64,000 bases of DNA from Candidatus Angelobacter sp. GTDB lineage: Bacteria > Acidobacteriota > Terriglobia > Terriglobales > Acidobacteriaceae. The notes below the pieces were generated by a model. It ran no database searches and was not told the DNA's origin. It worked only from the letters and a program-made list of their open reading frames with translations. Position 1 is the first letter of the stretch. Each line of letters starts with the position of its first letter. Positions 1-10,601 of the stretch are shown here, in pieces. The stretch is from positions 87 to 64,086 of the forward strand of contig DATDGY010000085.1 in the NCBI GenBank assembly GCA_036521855.1, given 5' to 3'. The position numbers were made by a program, and so were the translations under genes.

Positions 1-634
1 AAGCCGGCCAGACCTGACTCCTGTGGATTTGTCACTGCCGAACTGCTGCTCAACCTTAAAGATAGTCCGAATTGAGAGCGGAATCACTTGGCTTCACGGC
101 TTGCTCCGGTGCCTGCCGCAAGCCCGTATAAACGGCCCGCCGGGAAAGCGAAATGGGTCTTGCCGGAGCGCACCGCCGCCGCATTTGGCAACCTAGGTTA
201 GTCGCATTACGAGCAATGTCAAGGGAAAACAAATCTCTGGCGGCGATTCGTCGCCAGGAAAAACCTCATCGCAATCGCTTTCTAGAGCACATCCAGAGGC
301 GTATAGTATGCTTGCATTTCGTTTTCTAGAAATCGTCTTACGCCAAGTCTTTCAGCTCGACAACCCGAATCAACAGAAGGGTGGAGCAACTTCATCTCTT
401 CACTTGTAGAGCACTAGGCGCCCTCGCCTGTGAAGAGGCTGCGCAGCTGGGGGCGGCTGCGGTCCAACCTCGATTAAGAAAGACAGACTGCACCACCACC
501 GAAAAGCTTGTGAATCCTGCTTATCGGGAGCTATGATGCAACCGCATGAATTTCTTGAAATCGCGGATATTGGGCGGAACGCCCAGGGTTTCCCGCCGAC
601 TCCGACGGGCGGACCGCTCCTCTTGGGAGGCAAT

Positions 635-1888
635 GTGAACAAATCATTCTTGCTTCGTAGATACCTTTTGCGGCTAACTTCATTGGCGCTCCTGGCGGGA
701 AGTGTGGCGACCCTGCCGGCGGTGGCCCAAGGTGGCGGCGACGCCATTACCGTCGGCGTAATCTTGCCCATCACCGGGAAAGAAGGCAAGCCCGGCCTCT
801 ACCAGAAGGAAGGCATCGAACTGGCCATCAAGCAGATCAACGACGCGGGCGGAATCTTCGTGAAGGAAAAGGGCAAGAAACTGCCGGTCAAGGAAGTTTT
901 CTACGACGACGGCTCGGACTCCGCCAAGTCGGCATCGCTCACCGAGCGGGCCATGAGTTCTGACAACGTGACCGCCGTTCTCGGCGGCTATTCCACTTCG
1001 CTGGGCGAAGCCGAATCGGTGATGCCCGATCGCTACAAGACTCCCTGGATCACCCCCGGCGCCGGCGCCACTGCCATCTTCGCTAAAGGTTACCAGTTCA
1101 TCTTCGGCTCGTTGAGCCCCGTGGCCCTGATTGGCACCACCACTGGGCAATTTCTCGGCAGCCTGGTGGACCAGGGCAAGCTCAAGAAGGGGCTGAAAGT
1201 CGCCATCGTGGTGGAGAACACCGATCACGGCGTGGATTACGTCACCGGCTTTACGGACTGGCTGAAAAAACACCCCGGTTATTTTGAGATCGTGCTGAGC
1301 GAAAAATTCGAATTGGGCGCAACAGACTTCTCCGGAATCCTGCAGAAGGTCAAGGGCTCCGGCGCCGACATTTTTCTCTCTGACGCTCACCTGCCCGACT
1401 ACATCACCATGCATCGCCAGTATCTGCAGAACGGGCTGCATCACCAGATGGTCAGCTACGGCGCACGCGGTCCGGAATCCGATGCTCGCAAGGCCCTGGG
1501 CGAGGGCACGAATTACATCTTCGCTGGCATCTGGTGGTCCAAAGATCTGCCGTATCCGCAAGCCAAGAAATTCACCGCCGACTACAAAGCCTTCACCGGA
1601 CATGACGTGGATTCCTGGTATGCCGCGCCCGCATATGACGCCATGCGCATCCTGGCCCAGGCCATTGAAGCCGCCGGCTCGCTCGACAAAACCAAGATTC
1701 GCGATGCCCTGCGCAAGGCGCAACTAAAAGACTCCATCCTGCCCGGCCAGGTGCTCAAGTTCAGCGCCAATGGGCAGTCCGAGTATCCCTTTGTGATCAC
1801 CCAGAACAAACCGGGCAACAGAGTGGATATCGTCTATCCCAAGGATGCGGCCACAGGAGAGCCGGTAGCGCCGACGCCGGCCAAGTAG
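635..1888 (+). CDS. ABC transporter substrate-binding protein, branched-chain amino acid type (LivJ/LivK-like)
   Basis: ORF 533..1888. Signal-peptide-like N-terminus (LTSLALLAGSVATLPAVAQ) followed by type-I periplasmic-binding-protein-like sequence. First gene of a livHMGF-type cluster. Start placed at in-frame GTG 635, preceded by GGGAGG at 625-630; ATG 533 is the longest alternative. Confidence 0.85.
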   Translation: MNKSFLLRRYLLRLTSLALLAGSVATLPAVAQGGGDAITVGVILPITGKEGKPGLYQKEGIELAIKQINDAGGIFVKEKGKKLPVKEVFYDDGSDSAKSASLTERAMSSDNVTAVLGGYSTSLGEAESVMPDRYKTPWITPGAGATAIFAKGYQFIFGSLSPVALIGTTTGQFLGSLVDQGKLKKGLKVAIVVENTDHGVDYVTGFTDWLKKHPGYFEIVLSEKFELGATDFSGILQKVKGSGADIFLSDAHLPDYITMHRQYLQNGLHHQMVSYGARGPESDARKALGEGTNYIFAGIWWSKDLPYPQAKKFTADYKAFTGHDVDSWYAAPAYDAMRILAQAIEAAGSLDKTKIRDALRKAQLKDSILPGQVLKFSANGQSEYPFVITQNKPGNRVDIVYPKDAATGEPVAPTPAK

Positions 1889-1904
1889 CCCGGCGCGTGA
1901 GCTC

Positions 1905-2837
1905 ATGAACTTTGCCCAAGGCCTGAATCTGCTGATTGCAGCGCTGCTGCTGGCCGGCATTTACGCCGCCATGGCCGTGGGGATGACGGTGATTTACGGC
2001 GTAATGCGCATCGTAAACTTGGCCCACGCGGGCTTCCTGATGCTCGGCGCCTACTTCGCCTTCGAACTCTTCGACCGCTTCCACATCGATCCGATTTTGG
2101 GCGCCGCGCTGGCGCTGCCTGCATTCTTTCTCTTTGGCATGGGCGTGCATTGGCTGCTGGTGCGCTGGCTGCCCAAGTCGGAGACGCCCACCCTGGCGTC
2201 CTTGCTTCTGATGTTCGGCTTCTGGCTGGTGCTGCAAAACGTCGGTTACCTCGTCTGGGGCAACGACGACCGCTCCATCACCACACCGCGCACGCTCTCA
2301 GCGGTGACAGTTGGACCGATCTCCGTGCCCGAAGTCAATCTCATCGTCTTCGCCGCCGCGGTGGTCTGCCTGATCATTTTGCAACTGATCTTCAACCGCA
2401 GTTGGTTTGGACGCTCTATGCGCGCTTTGATCCAGAACCCTTACGCTGCACAGATCGTGGGCGTGGACGACGAACGCACCTCCCGCCTCACCTTCGGCCT
2501 GGGTACCGCCTTCGCCGGATTCGCCGGAGCGCTGCTGGGGATGATCTACACCTTCAGTCCCGACTTTGGCCGCCCGTTTCTGCTGCGTTCGTTCGTCATC
2601 ATCGTGCTCGGCGGATTGGAATCGGTTTCCGGTGTGGCTCTGGGCGCGGTGGTTCTGGCCCTGGTGGAAATATTCACCCCTTATGTTCCCATACCTTGGT
2701 ACTGGGGCCGGTGGTTCATATACTATTTGCCCGACAGTGTGCAGCCCGCCGTCTCATTTGCCCTGCTGGTGGTGGTGCTGGTGATTCTGCCTAAAGGGTT
2801 GGCCAGCCTCTTTGCCAGAAAACGGCGGCTGACGTGA
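1905..2837 (+). CDS. livH: branched-chain amino acid ABC transporter permease (LivH family)
   Basis: 310-aa polytopic membrane ORF with LivH-like sequence (VIYGVMRIVNLAHAGFLMLGAY). Overlaps the next permease by 4 nt. Confidence 0.9.
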   Translation: MNFAQGLNLLIAALLLAGIYAAMAVGMTVIYGVMRIVNLAHAGFLMLGAYFAFELFDRFHIDPILGAALALPAFFLFGMGVHWLLVRWLPKSETPTLASLLLMFGFWLVLQNVGYLVWGNDDRSITTPRTLSAVTVGPISVPEVNLIVFAAAVVCLIILQLIFNRSWFGRSMRALIQNPYAAQIVGVDDERTSRLTFGLGTAFAGFAGALLGMIYTFSPDFGRPFLLRSFVIIVLGGLESVSGVALGAVVLALVEIFTPYVPIPWYWGRWFIYYLPDSVQPAVSFALLVVVLVILPKGLASLFARKRRLT

Positions 2838-3782
2838 GACTTCCCTCTTCTCCCGGCGAATGGCTGAAAGTCGTTTTGCCGTGGCTCCTGCTCGCGGCAT
2901 TGCTGCTGCTGCCGCTGGGCGGTCTCAGCCCCAACATCATGAAGCTGTTGTTTATCACCGCTGTCTGGACCACCACCAGCGTGGCCTGGAACCTGCTCGG
3001 CGGCATGGCCGGCCAGGTGTCTTTCGGCTTCGCAGTTTTTTACGGCTTGGGCGCTTACACCACCGGACTTCTCATGCATGCCGGGTGGAGCCCGTATCTG
3101 AGCTTTCTGGCCGGCGGTGTGGTTGGGGCCGCGGCATCGTTTCTGATAGGACTGCCCACCTTCCGCCTGCGCGGGCCATATTTTGTGATCGCCACCATCG
3201 GCGTGACCGAAGCCGTCCGCGTGGTCATGAACAATCTCGACATCACCGGGGGCTCCAGCGGCTACCGCATTCTCGAGACCAGGCCCTTCAATCCCCTGGA
3301 GCACTACTACACCGCCATTGGCGCGGTGACCGTGGCCGTGGCCGTGTCTACGATCATCACTCGCAGCCGGTTTGGATTGGCGTTGCGCGCCATCAAACAG
3401 GACCAGGACGCGGCCGCCGATATCGGCGTGAACCCTTATTCCACCAAGCTGAAGGTCCACGCTGTGGCTGCGGCCCTGACCGCGATTGCCGGCGGGATCT
3501 ATGCCCGCCGGGCCGCTTTCTTCTATCCTGGAGACGTCTTCGCCTTCCAGACCGGAATCTCCATTCTCTTGATGCCGGTGATCGGCGGCATCGGCACGGT
3601 ATGGGGCGCGGTGCTGGGCGGCGTGATTTTCGGTTTTGTGGAAGAAGAGCTGGTCGCGAATTTTCCGAACGTGCATTTGTTGCTCTATGGATCGCTGTTG
3701 ATCCTGATCATTCTGTTCGAACCCGACGGCCTGGTGGGCCTGCTGCGCCGGCTGGCGCGGCTGGTGAGGAGCGGACGAGATC

Positions 3783-4529
<747 letters not shown>

Positions 4530-4725
4530 CAGAGGAAACGTGTTTCACCTGTCATCTTGAGATCCATCCACCACGACACCCCATCCCGAACGCCCGCGAC
4601 CCTGAGCTTGCGAAGGGAGTAGGGGGAGGGACCGGCTCCGCTGTCGCTACGCGTGAGCCGAGAAAACGAGAGATACGTCTTCTAAGACTTTTCTCTCTGC
4701 CTCTGATAGAGTTTGGCCACGAACC

Positions 4726-5511
<786 letters not shown>

Positions 5512-5517
5512 GGCAGG

Positions 5518-5610
5518 AGGGTGGAGCAGGCCTTCAGGCCTGCGCTGAAGCAGTAAAAGAAATCAATGTGTATGGCGGCCTACCGCAGGCCTGAAGGCCT
5601 GCTCTACCCT
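5518..5610. repeat. 27-bp inverted repeat (one mismatch) whose arms are themselves palindromic; probable bidirectional terminator or REP-like element
   Basis: Left arm AGGGTGGAGCAGGCCTTCAGGCCTGCG (5518-5544). Right arm CGCAGGCCTGAAGGCCTGCTCTACCCT (5584-5610). Each arm contains GCAGGCC-TTCA/TGAA-GGCCTGC. Lies between the convergent livF and mutS-like genes. Confidence 0.7.
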
Positions 5611-5680
5611 CTAGCGCCTTGAATCTGTCGAATTGAATCAGGGGCTTCAGCTCCCGGCGTGCAGCCGAAAGCCCGGCGCT

Positions 5681-7537
5681 TCACACATCCAGCCCGATCG
5701 AGCGCATCAGTTCCAGGCCGTTACTCTTGGTAACCACGCCGTCGCGCAACTTGTAGTCAAACGTCATCTTGCCGCCAGCAAATTCGTCCTGAAAGTGGAC
5801 GTTCCGCGAGTGGCCATCCAGAGCGCCTCCGATCTCGGTAAGCGCCAGGTCGTGGGTGCTCAGCAAGCCGATGGCGCCGCGCTCCACCAAGGCGCGCACC
5901 ACGCCTTCGGCCCCAATGCGGCGGTCTTTGGAGTTGGTCCCTTGCAGCAGCTCATCGAGCAGGAAGAGCAACGGCGGACCGTCGCCGGCCAGGTCGAACA
6001 GACGGCGCAGGCGGGTGATCTCGGCGTAGAAGCGCGAACTTCCCTCCTGTAGCGAGTCGTTGATGCGGATGCTGGCGCCCGGCTGGAGCGGGGTCAGCCG
6101 CAAACGCCGTGCCCGTACCGGCGCTCCCGCCATGGCCAGCACTACGTTGATGCCCACCGCGCGCAACAGCGTGCTCTTGCCGGACATGTTCGACCCACTC
6201 ACCAGCAGCACGCGCACGCCGTCGCACACCTTAACGCTGTTGCGAACGCAAGCCGCCGCCGGCAGCAGGGGATGTCCAAGCTCCTCGCTGTCCAGGCACG
6301 CTGCGCCCTCCGCGAATTCAGGAAAAGGGTCCGCCGGATGTTCGTAGCTATACGCGGCCAGCGAGAGCATGGCCTCGATCTCGCCGATGGCTTCCAGCCA
6401 CCCCCGCACCTCCGGGCCGTGGGCGCGACGCCAGCGTTCCGCGGCCAGCGCCAACTGCACCGAATACATCAAGGGGACGTCGAACACGCGGACAAACAGG
6501 TTGTCGCGGGAATCGATCAGGTCGCCGATGGTTCCCAGGCGCGCGATCGCCCGCGACGCGCTCATCCCACCTGCAGCGCCGCCTTCATGCGAGGTAAGAG
6601 CACGTTGCAACGCCAGCAATCGCGGCGACTGAAAACTGTGCTGCTCCACTCGCGTCAGGACGCCGGAGAGCAGAGCCAGATCACGAAGCGCATGCTCGGC
6701 GCCGTGCAGGACTTCTTCCATCGGCTTGCGCAGCCGGTACATCACAGCGCCCTCGGTCAACAGCACCAGGAGCAAAGGCGTGATGGTTCCCCAATAGATC
6801 CATACCACCACGCCGGCCACCGCCAAAGCCGCCAGAACTGTAGCCAGCAGACGCAGCGGCGGCCATCCCATTCGGTTCGGCGCCTCCGCCCATTGCACCA
6901 GCTCTGTGGGATGCACGCCCACGCGGGCGTCTTCGCCCAAGACCGCCAGGTCTTCGCGGAGATCGATCTGGCCGCGCAGCTCAGTCACGGCCTCATGCCG
7001 CTCTCGAACCTGTTCCACCGGAGACGGCGCCAGCAGCCACGCCGCCAATCGTTCTTCGCCCATGCGCGTGCGCGCCGTGGAAAGCAGCTCAAACAGACCG
7101 CCGCGACAGAACAAATCGAGGTCTGCTGCGTAGACGTGATGAGGATCGGCAAAGCGCTCGCCGGTCTCTCCGCTTCCCATCCAACGGTCTTCGATCCGGG
7201 CCAGTCCGTTCGAGTAAAACTTCACCGCCCGCCCCGCCAGGTCGCGGGCCCGCAGGATGCGCGAATGAAAAGCCGCCAGGGTGATGAACGCGGCCAGGAG
7301 CGCCGCCAACCACCACGCGGACAGACGATGTCCATGGAAGGTTTCCCAGGCCATGACTGCCGCAGCCAGGAAGATTCCGAGACGAATGTTTCCCAGACGG
7401 ATGTGAATCTTTTCGTAGTGAGCGGCGCGATCCTCGCGCGCCCGCAGACGCCGCTGATATTCCTCGCCAGGGAGCACGGCTTTGAAGATAAATGAGTCTG
7501 GCGGCTCCCGGCAAAAGCTCCGACGAAGAGCGGCCAT
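5681..7537 (-). CDS. MutS-related protein (MutS domain V ATPase with N-terminal transmembrane region)
   Basis: 618-aa ORF. Walker A GSNMSGKSTLLRAVG, LLFLLDELLQGTNSKDR and STHDL motifs typical of the MutS ATPase domain. Several hydrophobic helices in the N-terminal third. No mismatch-binding domain recognised. Confidence 0.8.
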   Translation of the reverse strand: MAALRRSFCREPPDSFIFKAVLPGEEYQRRLRAREDRAAHYEKIHIRLGNIRLGIFLAAAVMAWETFHGHRLSAWWLAALLAAFITLAAFHSRILRARDLAGRAVKFYSNGLARIEDRWMGSGETGERFADPHHVYAADLDLFCRGGLFELLSTARTRMGEERLAAWLLAPSPVEQVRERHEAVTELRGQIDLREDLAVLGEDARVGVHPTELVQWAEAPNRMGWPPLRLLATVLAALAVAGVVVWIYWGTITPLLLVLLTEGAVMYRLRKPMEEVLHGAEHALRDLALLSGVLTRVEQHSFQSPRLLALQRALTSHEGGAAGGMSASRAIARLGTIGDLIDSRDNLFVRVFDVPLMYSVQLALAAERWRRAHGPEVRGWLEAIGEIEAMLSLAAYSYEHPADPFPEFAEGAACLDSEELGHPLLPAAACVRNSVKVCDGVRVLLVSGSNMSGKSTLLRAVGINVVLAMAGAPVRARRLRLTPLQPGASIRINDSLQEGSSRFYAEITRLRRLFDLAGDGPPLLFLLDELLQGTNSKDRRIGAEGVVRALVERGAIGLLSTHDLALTEIGGALDGHSRNVHFQDEFAGGKMTFDYKLRDGVVTKSNGLELMRSIGLDV

Positions 7538-7584
7538 TCATCTCCGTGAGAAAAGGTCTCGGAGCTACGTTTCGTTAGAGGGAA

Positions 7585-7968
7585 TCACGCCGCCTGCTGT
7601 GCCCTCAGGCGGTTCTTCAGCCCGGCCACGTCGAAGTAAACCCAGTCTTCTACTGCCTTGCCTCCTTCCACGCGCAAGATGTTCACACCCTCGAACACCA
7701 CGGGAGCGTTGGCACTCTTGCCGGTCGTTTTGAATCGAAACACGACCTTGTTTCCCTGCTCAATGATGTCGGTTGCCTCGGTATGAAAGTTAGCCAGCAT
7801 GTCGCGGTGCCGGCTTATCGTCTGCTTGTAAGCATCCCTCCCGGTGCTGGCTCCGTCAATTTCGGGTTCATGGCGAATAAAGTTCGGGGAAAGCACCTCG
7901 TCCACGATTCCGAGCTTTCCCGTGTTCCAGCACTCAACCAGCTTTGCCACGATTTGTCTGTTATCCAT
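7585..7968 (-). CDS. SnoaL-like / ester cyclase family protein (NTF2-like fold)
   Basis: 127-aa ORF. The pattern VECWNTGKLGIVDEVLSPNFIRH ... and VEDWVYFD is typical of SnoaL-like polyketide-cyclase-fold proteins. Confidence 0.7.
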   Translation of the reverse strand: MDNRQIVAKLVECWNTGKLGIVDEVLSPNFIRHEPEIDGASTGRDAYKQTISRHRDMLANFHTEATDIIEQGNKVVFRFKTTGKSANAPVVFEGVNILRVEGGKAVEDWVYFDVAGLKNRLRAQQAA

Positions 7969-8216
7969 AATTCAGGCCCTCTTGAAATGTTCGATGCAGA
8001 CTCTCGGCAGCGCTCTGCCCCAAGGCCTCGGCCCGACACCCGCCCGCCTAGCGGCATAGAGCACGAACAAACAATTCAGAGAGCTGCGGGATGCCATCAG
8101 CTTCCGACCGCCGCCCCTGGGCTTCCTGAGCGCAGCCTGAAGACCGCATCCCGCATTCGAGAGATGGCCGGAGTCGAAGTTGAGACGTCTTGCGCGCGTC
8201 TGAGCGCGCAGGCGAA

Positions 8217-8402
8217 ATCCTGAGCGAAGCGAAGGAACTGCCGCAGGCATCCCGGAAATATTTCGCGTTTGAATGCAACGTCAAGGCATTCTCGCTAGAC
8301 AGCCTGGGGAGAATTCCCTGATGCAAAATGGCAGACGACGCACCCTCGGGATCCTTCGACTCCCCCTCAGTCGCCTAGCTCCTTCGGGGTCGCTCAGGAA
8401 AC
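8217..8402. repeat. composite palindromic repeat element; the right arm belongs to repeat family R1
   Basis: Left arm ATCCTGAGCGAAGCGAAGGAAC (8217-8238) is complementary to the end of the right arm GGATCCTTCGAC...GGGGTCGCTCAGGAAAC (8343-8402). The right arm is about 83 percent identical by eye to 10602-10661. Confidence 0.6.
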
Positions 8403-8517
8403 CCAGGGTTAAAAAGTCTCAAAAAACACCCCCATCGTTTCCTAAAGGGCCGCTCTTCCACCATTCGAACGGCAACGAAAGACTCCTATTTCCCTCGACA
8501 TCAAATGAGCATAGCTC

Positions 8518-8547
8518 TTGACAGAGTTGACGATATTGTTGTATAAA
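8518..8547 (+). promoter_or_regulatory. near-consensus sigma-70-type promoter (TTGACA-18 nt-TATAAA)
   Basis: TTGACA at 8518-8523, 18-nt spacer, TATAAA at 8542-8547, in a locally AT-rich patch. No annotated gene for about 270 nt downstream. Confidence 0.5.
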
Positions 8548-8768
8548 ATATACATTATCGTATGCCTCTTAGCGTCGCCAAGCCGTTTCAGCACTTCGCT
8601 CCTCGGCTCCAATCGCCCGAATTGACCCCAATTTCAGGCCAATTCGTGGCTCATTTTGCCGGTTTGGAGATGAGCTTCTTGGGGTGTCGCCGCCTAAATC
8701 CTTTCAAATCCTAGTTGGACGGGGGGAGGAGGTAAGGGGGGCTATGTAGATCGGGTGATCGGAAAGAC

Positions 8769-8805
8769 TTGGTAATTGGGTAAGTTGGTCATTGGGTAAT
8801 TGAAA
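8769..8805 (+). repeat. GGTAA-rich repeat (family R2)
   Basis: TTGGTAATTGGGTAAGTTGGTCATTGGGTAATTGAAA is nearly identical to 30636-30673 (2 mismatches by eye). Confidence 0.7.
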
Positions 8806-8824
8806 GACAGACAACGCAGAGTTT

Positions 8825-9190
8825 ATGCAAGGCACGAATCAACCCGGGACAGCGGTTACAGGACGCGCGCTGGAGCAGCGTTACGCCTATTACCGACGCT
8901 GCCAGCAGTGGCGTCGCAATGGCGAGCAATGCAAAGCGCCGGCAATGAAGAGCGAGGCCATTTGCTATCGTCACGCTGAGCAGGCAGACACCGAACGGCG
9001 GCGGCAAGAGCAGCGGCGCGAGTTGCTCTCCCGGCCGGGCGTGGGGCTGGGAAGCTTCAACGCCATCCAGCGCACCATCGCCGCGGCGGCGCGGGCGCTG
9101 CTCGAGGGGCGGATTGACGACAAAGTTACAGGACGGCTGATCGTCGAGATACAGACTGCTTCGCAGCTCCTGTGGCAACAACAATGCTTG
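8825..9190 (+). CDS. small Zn-ribbon-like protein of unknown function; 3' end undefined because there is no in-frame stop until 12814
   Basis: The first ~120 codons of ORF 8825..12814 look protein-like: C-x9-C-x10-C-x2-H (RRCQQWRRNGEQCKAPAMKSEAICYRH), then a helical segment SFNAIQRTIAAAARALLEGRIDDKVTGRLIVEIQTASQLL. From memory this resembles small acidobacterial hypothetical proteins. After ~9190 the frame enters a repeat element and then the antisense of fpg. Confidence 0.35.
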
Positions 9191-9224
9191 AACCACAGAG
9201 GACACAGAGGAGCACCGAGGAAGG
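9191..9224 (+). repeat. ACAGAGG-type short repeat (family R3)
   Basis: AACCACAGAGGACACAGAGGAGCACCGAGGAAGG. A related copy lies in inverse orientation at 58019-58050 (ATCCACCACGGAGACACGGAGGCGCGGAGAAA on the minus strand). Confidence 0.4.
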
Positions 9225-9403
9225 CAGAACGGCGATCGACTGTAATCCGGGAGGACGAGCGCGATCGCCAGGAAAGGTGCGGCCCGGCCAGAGCCGAACA
9301 GATGCGGCGCAGAAAAGCACCCGAGAAAACGCCTGCGTTGTCGCGCCGGGAAAAAGACAAAACTGTATTCGCCCTGCCCTCGCTTGCCGGCGTCAGCGAT
9401 GCC

Positions 9404-10327
9404 TCACCCGCTGCCTTTGCCGGGGCGCAGCTCCTCGAGTTCTTCGAGCGAACGCGGCCAATCTTCACGCAGCAGGCGGCTCAGGGAACGGTCGGCCAGG
9501 AGCTTGCCTCCGGTCTGGCAGCGCGCGCAGTAGTTGGTCTCATTGGAGGCGTAACGGATGCGTTGAATCTTGGCCCCACAGCGGGGACAAGGCTCTCCGT
9601 AGCGGCCGTGGGCGGCCATCCCGGTGCGGAACGCGGTGACCTTTTCGGGAAACTTCTGGCCGGCTTCAGCGCGGAGCTTTTCCGTCCACAGGGTGAGGGT
9701 GTGGCGCGTGGCGTCGTAGAGACGGGTGACCTCTTCCGAGCTGAGGCGCTGTGTCAGAGCGACCGGCGAGAGCCGCGCTTCGTGGAGGATCTCGTCAGAG
9801 TAAGCGTTGCCGATGCCGCTGAACGATCGCGGATCAGCCAGCGCGCGCTTGAGTGTGTGGTTCGAGGCCGTGAGCACGGCAGCGAACCGGTCGCGCCCTG
9901 CGGAGAGCACGTCGATCCCGCCGGGATCGAGCTTGGCCAGCTCCGCCTCCCCGCTGACCACATGCAACGACGCGCGTTTGCGGGCGCCGGCTTCGGTGAG
10001 GGTCAGCGTCCCGGAATCGAAGTCAAACGCGGCCAGGATGCGGCGGCCGTCGGGAGTAATGGCGCCGCCGTCCTGCTTCTTCTTCCAGTGCAGGCGGCCG
10101 GCGATCATGAGATGCAACACCAGCCAGAGATCGTTCTCCAACCCGATAGCGATACGTTTGCCCAGGCGCCGCAAGCCGGTCACCCGCTGGTTCTCCGCCG
10201 ATGCAATGGGCGGCGCGGCGGTGCGCAGCAACGACGGCCCCGCAATCCGAACGCGCTCGAGAACGTGGCCGAGAACGCGCTGCTCCAGCGCCTCAATGTA
10301 AACCGTGATGTCGGGCAGTTCCGGCAC
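9404..10327 (-). CDS. Fpg/Nei family DNA glycosylase / AP lyase
   Basis: N-terminus (M)PELPDITVY with catalytic Pro2/Glu3, H2TH region, and C-terminal zinc finger CPRCG...CARCQ. GTG start at 10327 with AAGAGG upstream. Confidence 0.9.
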   Translation of the reverse strand: MPELPDITVYIEALEQRVLGHVLERVRIAGPSLLRTAAPPIASAENQRVTGLRRLGKRIAIGLENDLWLVLHLMIAGRLHWKKKQDGGAITPDGRRILAAFDFDSGTLTLTEAGARKRASLHVVSGEAELAKLDPGGIDVLSAGRDRFAAVLTASNHTLKRALADPRSFSGIGNAYSDEILHEARLSPVALTQRLSSEEVTRLYDATRHTLTLWTEKLRAEAGQKFPEKVTAFRTGMAAHGRYGEPCPRCGAKIQRIRYASNETNYCARCQTGGKLLADRSLSRLLREDWPRSLEELEELRPGKGSG

Positions 10328-10601
10328 TGGAAAGCCTCTTGCATCGAGCCAATCAAGAATTGCAAATTATTGCATGCAGAAGCCCGAGACGCAGCTTGGT
10401 ACTGGAAATCACCACGCCGCCAGGGCCCGCCATTTCGACCAAGCCCGAGGAAGTCCGCGCAGCGGACGACAGAGGGCGCTAGGAGAAATCTCGAGGATGC
10501 TGGTTCCTCCACGCCGATTCGGGGAATTCGCCCCGGAAGCCGTCCCCGAAACATAACGCAGTTTGGGGAGAATACCTCGTATCGGCATGGCCGAGGATGC
10601 A

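Noticed and set aside
1-532. Gene-free 530 nt at the window start: possible structured RNA (nested helices GCTCCGG...CCGGAGC around GCAAGCCC...GGGTCTTGC at ~110-175) or the 3' end of a truncated gene (frame 1 is open to TGA at 73-75)
   Set aside because: - No match to the conserved cores of RNase P, SRP, tmRNA or 6S RNA that I can recall.
- The 24-codon fragment is too short to identify.
- The helices are short enough to arise by chance in GC-rich DNA.
- An Infernal/Rfam scan and the upstream flanking sequence would be needed.
4549-4561. 13-mer CTCAAGATGACAG shared (in inverse orientation) with 10652-10664, as evidence for a third R1 copy
   Set aside because: - By rough estimate, exact 13-mer matches are expected by chance tens of times in a 64-kb window when both strands are compared.
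- The flanking similarity is weak.
- It is kept only as a remark under the livG-livF gap finding.
8273-8521. 82-aa ORF in the gene-free region
   Set aside because: - Its central part (GILRLPLSRLAPSGSLRK) is simply the translation of repeat R1.
- The second R1 copy gives the related peptide IFRLALSRIAPSGSLKM inside the plus-strand shadow ORF 8825..12814. This shows the similarity is at the DNA-repeat level.
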